DNA of 64,000 nt from Acidimicrobiia bacterium (GTDB lineage Bacteria; Actinomycetota; Acidimicrobiia; Spongiisociales; ZC4RG35), in assembly GCA_965203555.1 (NCBI GenBank), contig CBDBCY010000004.1, forward strand, positions 2,560,001-2,624,000. Direction: 5' to 3'. This document shows positions 61,304 through 64,000 of the stretch, piece after piece. Positions within the stretch are counted from its first letter, which is position 1. Each line of letters begins with the position of its first letter. The position numbers were made by a program, and so were the translations under genes. A model generated the notes under the pieces. The model saw nothing but the letters and a program-made list of their open reading frames with translations, was not told the origin of the DNA and did no database searches.

Positions 61304-62740
61304 CTAGATGTCCGCCAGGGCAGGCCGCCGGTCGAACCAGGGCCGGGCCTCCTCCAGTTGGGCTGCCAGCATCAGGAGAGTGGTCTCGTCACCGTAGCGG
61401 CCCAGAAAATGCACTCCCACCGGCACTCCGGTGGAGTCTTGGTGCAGGGGAACCGACATGGCGGGCTGTCCGGTCATGTTGGCCACGGAACAAAACGGGC
61501 TGAACCTTCCGATTCGAGACCGGAAGCGGTCGGTGTCTTCCGAATCGGTGTCGAAGGTGCCCAGCGGTGGGGGAGGCGACGCGGCGGTGGGAGTGAGCCA
61601 CGCATGTCGGGTCGAGAAGAAGTCGGAGACCTCCCTGCCCACCCGGTGGATGGTGGCCAGTGCTTCCAGGTACTCCACCGCATCGGTCCGGTCGCCATGC
61701 TCGACCCGTTCTCTGATTCCGGCTTCCAAGTCGTCGGTTCGGGGGCGCCGACCCAGTTTCCGGGCGCGGTCCGCCACGGTTCGGGCGACGTTTGAGTTGA
61801 CCACCGTCGTGTAGGCCAGACCTGCTTCGAGCAGGCTCCAACGGGGTGAGGCTTCCTCGACGATGTGCCCCATGTTCTCGCACAGTGCGGCGGTCTCTTC
61901 AACCGCCCGTCTGCACTCCGGATGCACCTCATGACCGCGGGGGGTGTGAACGGAATAACCGATTCGCAACCTGCCCGGGTCGGCCCCGACACCGGAGAGA
62001 AACGATCTCCGCGGCGGCGGCGGGTAATAGGGTGCGCCGGGATCGGGCCCGGAGGTGAGATCCAGCAGCAGCGCCGAGTCCCGAACCGACAGGGTGACGG
62101 CGTGCTCCACGCTCAGACCCCCCCAGCCCTCTCCCTGGTCCGGTCCGGCGGGGTTGCGGCCCCGGGTGGGTTTCAGTCCGAACAGTCCGCAACAACTGGC
62201 CGGAATCCGGATCGATCCCCCTCCGTCGGTGGCGTGGGCCAGGGGGAGCACCCGGGCGGCCACCAGCGCCGCCGCCCCACCGCTGGAACCACCCGGGATG
62301 AGGCCGGTGTCCCAGGGATTGCACGCCGGACCACCGAATCGGGGTTCGGTGGCAAGATTGCACCCCAATTCGGGAGTCTTGGTCTTTCCGAAGACCACCA
62401 ATCCCGCCGCCAGATGCCGTCGGACCGTCTCGGTGGAGTAGTCGGACACCGACCCGGAGAAGAACCGGCTTCCCTGGGTGGTCGGCGTGCCCGGATACTG
62501 TGCCCGCAGGTCTTTGAGGACAAAAGGCGTTCCTCCAAAGGGTCCCCGGGTTCTTCCCGCGGCAATTTGGCGACGTGCCTGGTCCTCCATGTCCAGCACC
62601 ATGGCGCCCAGAACCGGATCAACTTCCCCGGCCCGTCGAAGAGCCTCATCCAGCACTTCGGTGGGATGCACTTGTCCGCCGGCGATCAACTCGGCCAGTC
62701 CGATCCCGTCGTAACGCAGATACTCGGCGCCCAGGGTCAC
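61304..62740 (-). CDS. Amidase (amidase-signature family)
   Basis: PFVLKDL, GKTKTPE, PGGSSGG, ATDGGGSIRIPASCCGLFGLKP. Confidence 0.95.
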   Translation of the reverse strand: MTLGAEYLRYDGIGLAELIAGGQVHPTEVLDEALRRAGEVDPVLGAMVLDMEDQARRQIAAGRTRGPFGGTPFVLKDLRAQYPGTPTTQGSRFFSGSVSDYSTETVRRHLAAGLVVFGKTKTPELGCNLATEPRFGGPACNPWDTGLIPGGSSGGAAALVAARVLPLAHATDGGGSIRIPASCCGLFGLKPTRGRNPAGPDQGEGWGGLSVEHAVTLSVRDSALLLDLTSGPDPGAPYYPPPPRRSFLSGVGADPGRLRIGYSVHTPRGHEVHPECRRAVEETAALCENMGHIVEEASPRWSLLEAGLAYTTVVNSNVARTVADRARKLGRRPRTDDLEAGIRERVEHGDRTDAVEYLEALATIHRVGREVSDFFSTRHAWLTPTAASPPPPLGTFDTDSEDTDRFRSRIGRFSPFCSVANMTGQPAMSVPLHQDSTGVPVGVHFLGRYGDETTLLMLAAQLEEARPWFDRRPALADI

Positions 62741-63687
62741 TTCTCACCTGCCAGGTTGATGGCCTCCAAACAGTGTTCCCACCCCTTCCGGTCATTAAGG
62801 CCCCCGGTGAGGGGAAAGACCATGACTTCGCACCAGGAGGCCAGATCCGACAGTCGAGTCGCCACATCCTCAACCGAGCCGTGCACCACCAATTCATTCA
62901 CCAGGGCGCCGGGCAGCGGTCCGTCCCCCGGCGGGTACCCGGCTTTGGTGAACATCTCCCGGTAATACTGGAATCGCGTGTACATGGCGATATGCTGCTG
63001 AGCGGCTTGTTTTACCGCACGGGTGTCCTCGCTGACCAGGGTTGGCACGCACAGGACGACTGGAGGCGAGTTCCGATTCATGGAAGCGGCGCCGCTGTTC
63101 AGGGCCTGCAGACCCGTGCTCTTCACATAGCGGGGCGGGCACACCCAGGTGATGGCGCCTTCTGTTACCTCTCCGCAGAACCGGAAAGCGCCCTCTCCAA
63201 GGGCCGAGGCGAGCACCGGAGTTGGAAGGGGATCGGGGATACTTCCCTTGGCTCTCAGGAATTCTCCCCGGAAATCCACCCTGCCTGTCCTGAACAGAGT
63301 GCGCAGGACGTTCACATACTCCCGCAGATGCCTGAGGGGACGGCGAAAGTCGGCGCCGTAGGGAGACATGGCGGCGGCGGTGCTGGGACCAACCCCCAGA
63401 CGGATCCGGCCCGGGGCCAGGGATTCCAGGGCCTTGACCTGCTGCGCCAAAGCCAGGGGGTGGCGGGGCCAGATCGGGATCACGGCGGTTCCCAGTTGAA
63501 CCCGAGACGTGGTCTGGGAGGCGGCCGCCATGATCGTGAGAGCGTCCGGCCGAAGCCGTCCGGCCGTGAGCCATACGGTGTCGACTCGGGCATGATCGGC
63601 CTTTTTGATCATTTCCAGGGTGGCAGAAGTCTCATCAGGTTGGACGACCATTCCGATCGAAGTTCCGTTCGGCCGGGTGGGAGGCAT
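62737..63687 (-). CDS. LLM-class flavin/F420-dependent oxidoreductase
   Basis: LGTAVIPIWPRHP, GRIRLGVGPS, LREY, ALG; overlaps the amidase start. Confidence 0.9.
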   Translation of the reverse strand: MPPTRPNGTSIGMVVQPDETSATLEMIKKADHARVDTVWLTAGRLRPDALTIMAAASQTTSRVQLGTAVIPIWPRHPLALAQQVKALESLAPGRIRLGVGPSTAAAMSPYGADFRRPLRHLREYVNVLRTLFRTGRVDFRGEFLRAKGSIPDPLPTPVLASALGEGAFRFCGEVTEGAITWVCPPRYVKSTGLQALNSGAASMNRNSPPVVLCVPTLVSEDTRAVKQAAQQHIAMYTRFQYYREMFTKAGYPPGDGPLPGALVNELVVHGSVEDVATRLSDLASWCEVMVFPLTGGLNDRKGWEHCLEAINLAGEK

Positions 63688-63740
63688 CCTTCGAGATTAC
63701 CTGTGGAGGCGCCCTCGAAGGTGGCGGTAGATTGACTGCA

Positions 63741-64000
63741 ATGCCGGCAGGGTTGTCCCGATACCGATACACAGGAGGGCCTCTGTGGTGGGTGTGGATG
63801 ATCGGCTTGGCGATCTTGTGGATGGTGATGACGGCGGCGCCCGCCGGCGCGACGGTCGCCGAGTCGGATCTGGTGTGGATCGTCGAGGACGAGGTGGTTT
63901 CGGAGGATCTGTACGCGGTGGGAAACGAGGTCCGTATTGCTGGCCGCGTGGAGGGGGATCTGGTGGCGGTGGCGACGGATCGGTTGTTGGTGGAGGGAGT
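63741..64000 (+). CDS. Secreted/membrane protein with bactofilin-like beta-solenoid repeats (3'-truncated by window edge)
   Basis: Signal-like IGLAILWMVMTAAPAGA, then EVVSEDLYAVGNEVRIAGRVEGDLVAVA..VEG. Confidence 0.65.
   Translation, partial: MPAGLSRYRYTGGPLWWVWMIGLAILWMVMTAAPAGATVAESDLVWIVEDEVVSEDLYAVGNEVRIAGRVEGDLVAVATDRLLVEG

Overview
GC-rich actinobacterial chromosome segment, most consistent with class Acidimicrobiia. This is inferred from pafABC, the actinobacterial coiled-coil insert in RpoC, mreBCD-mrdA-rodA, and a cadherin/FN3/Cys-SLH surface protein of the type common in sponge-associated Acidimicrobiia. Positions 1-6.4 kb are an eroded accessory region next to the 3' end of tRNA-Lys. 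It holds a helicase C-terminus, an IS1634 remnant cut by a miniature ISL3, the surface protein, a non-canonical tRNA-like cloverleaf, a dead toxin and an AAA/DUF4143 ATPase. A long core tract follows: 5 tRNAs, tig-clpP-clpX-valS-folC, tRNA-Thr, ndk, mreBCD-mrdA-rodA, rne, rplU-rpmA-obg-proB. Next come a collapsed mazEF relic, trkAH, a CoxD/CoxE-type AAA+/VWA pair, two tandem GAPDH genes, nadD-rsfS and tRNA-Ala. A small accessory block (YbaN, IsdG-like, acyltransferase, three-subunit Co nitrile hydratase/thiocyanate hydrolase-like enzyme) precedes rpoBC. The rest is EPS genes, a PASTA PBP1A, methylmalonyl-CoA mutase, lpdA, pafABC, a Mo-oxidoreductase, an amidase and an LLM monooxygenase. The best candidate for an undescribed system is an intact but catalytically dead GAPDH paralog (catalytic Cys->Asn, substrate Arg->Asn) translationally coupled to a normal GAPDH, suggesting a pseudoenzyme regulatory subunit. 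All calls come from reading motifs by eye; no database searches were run.
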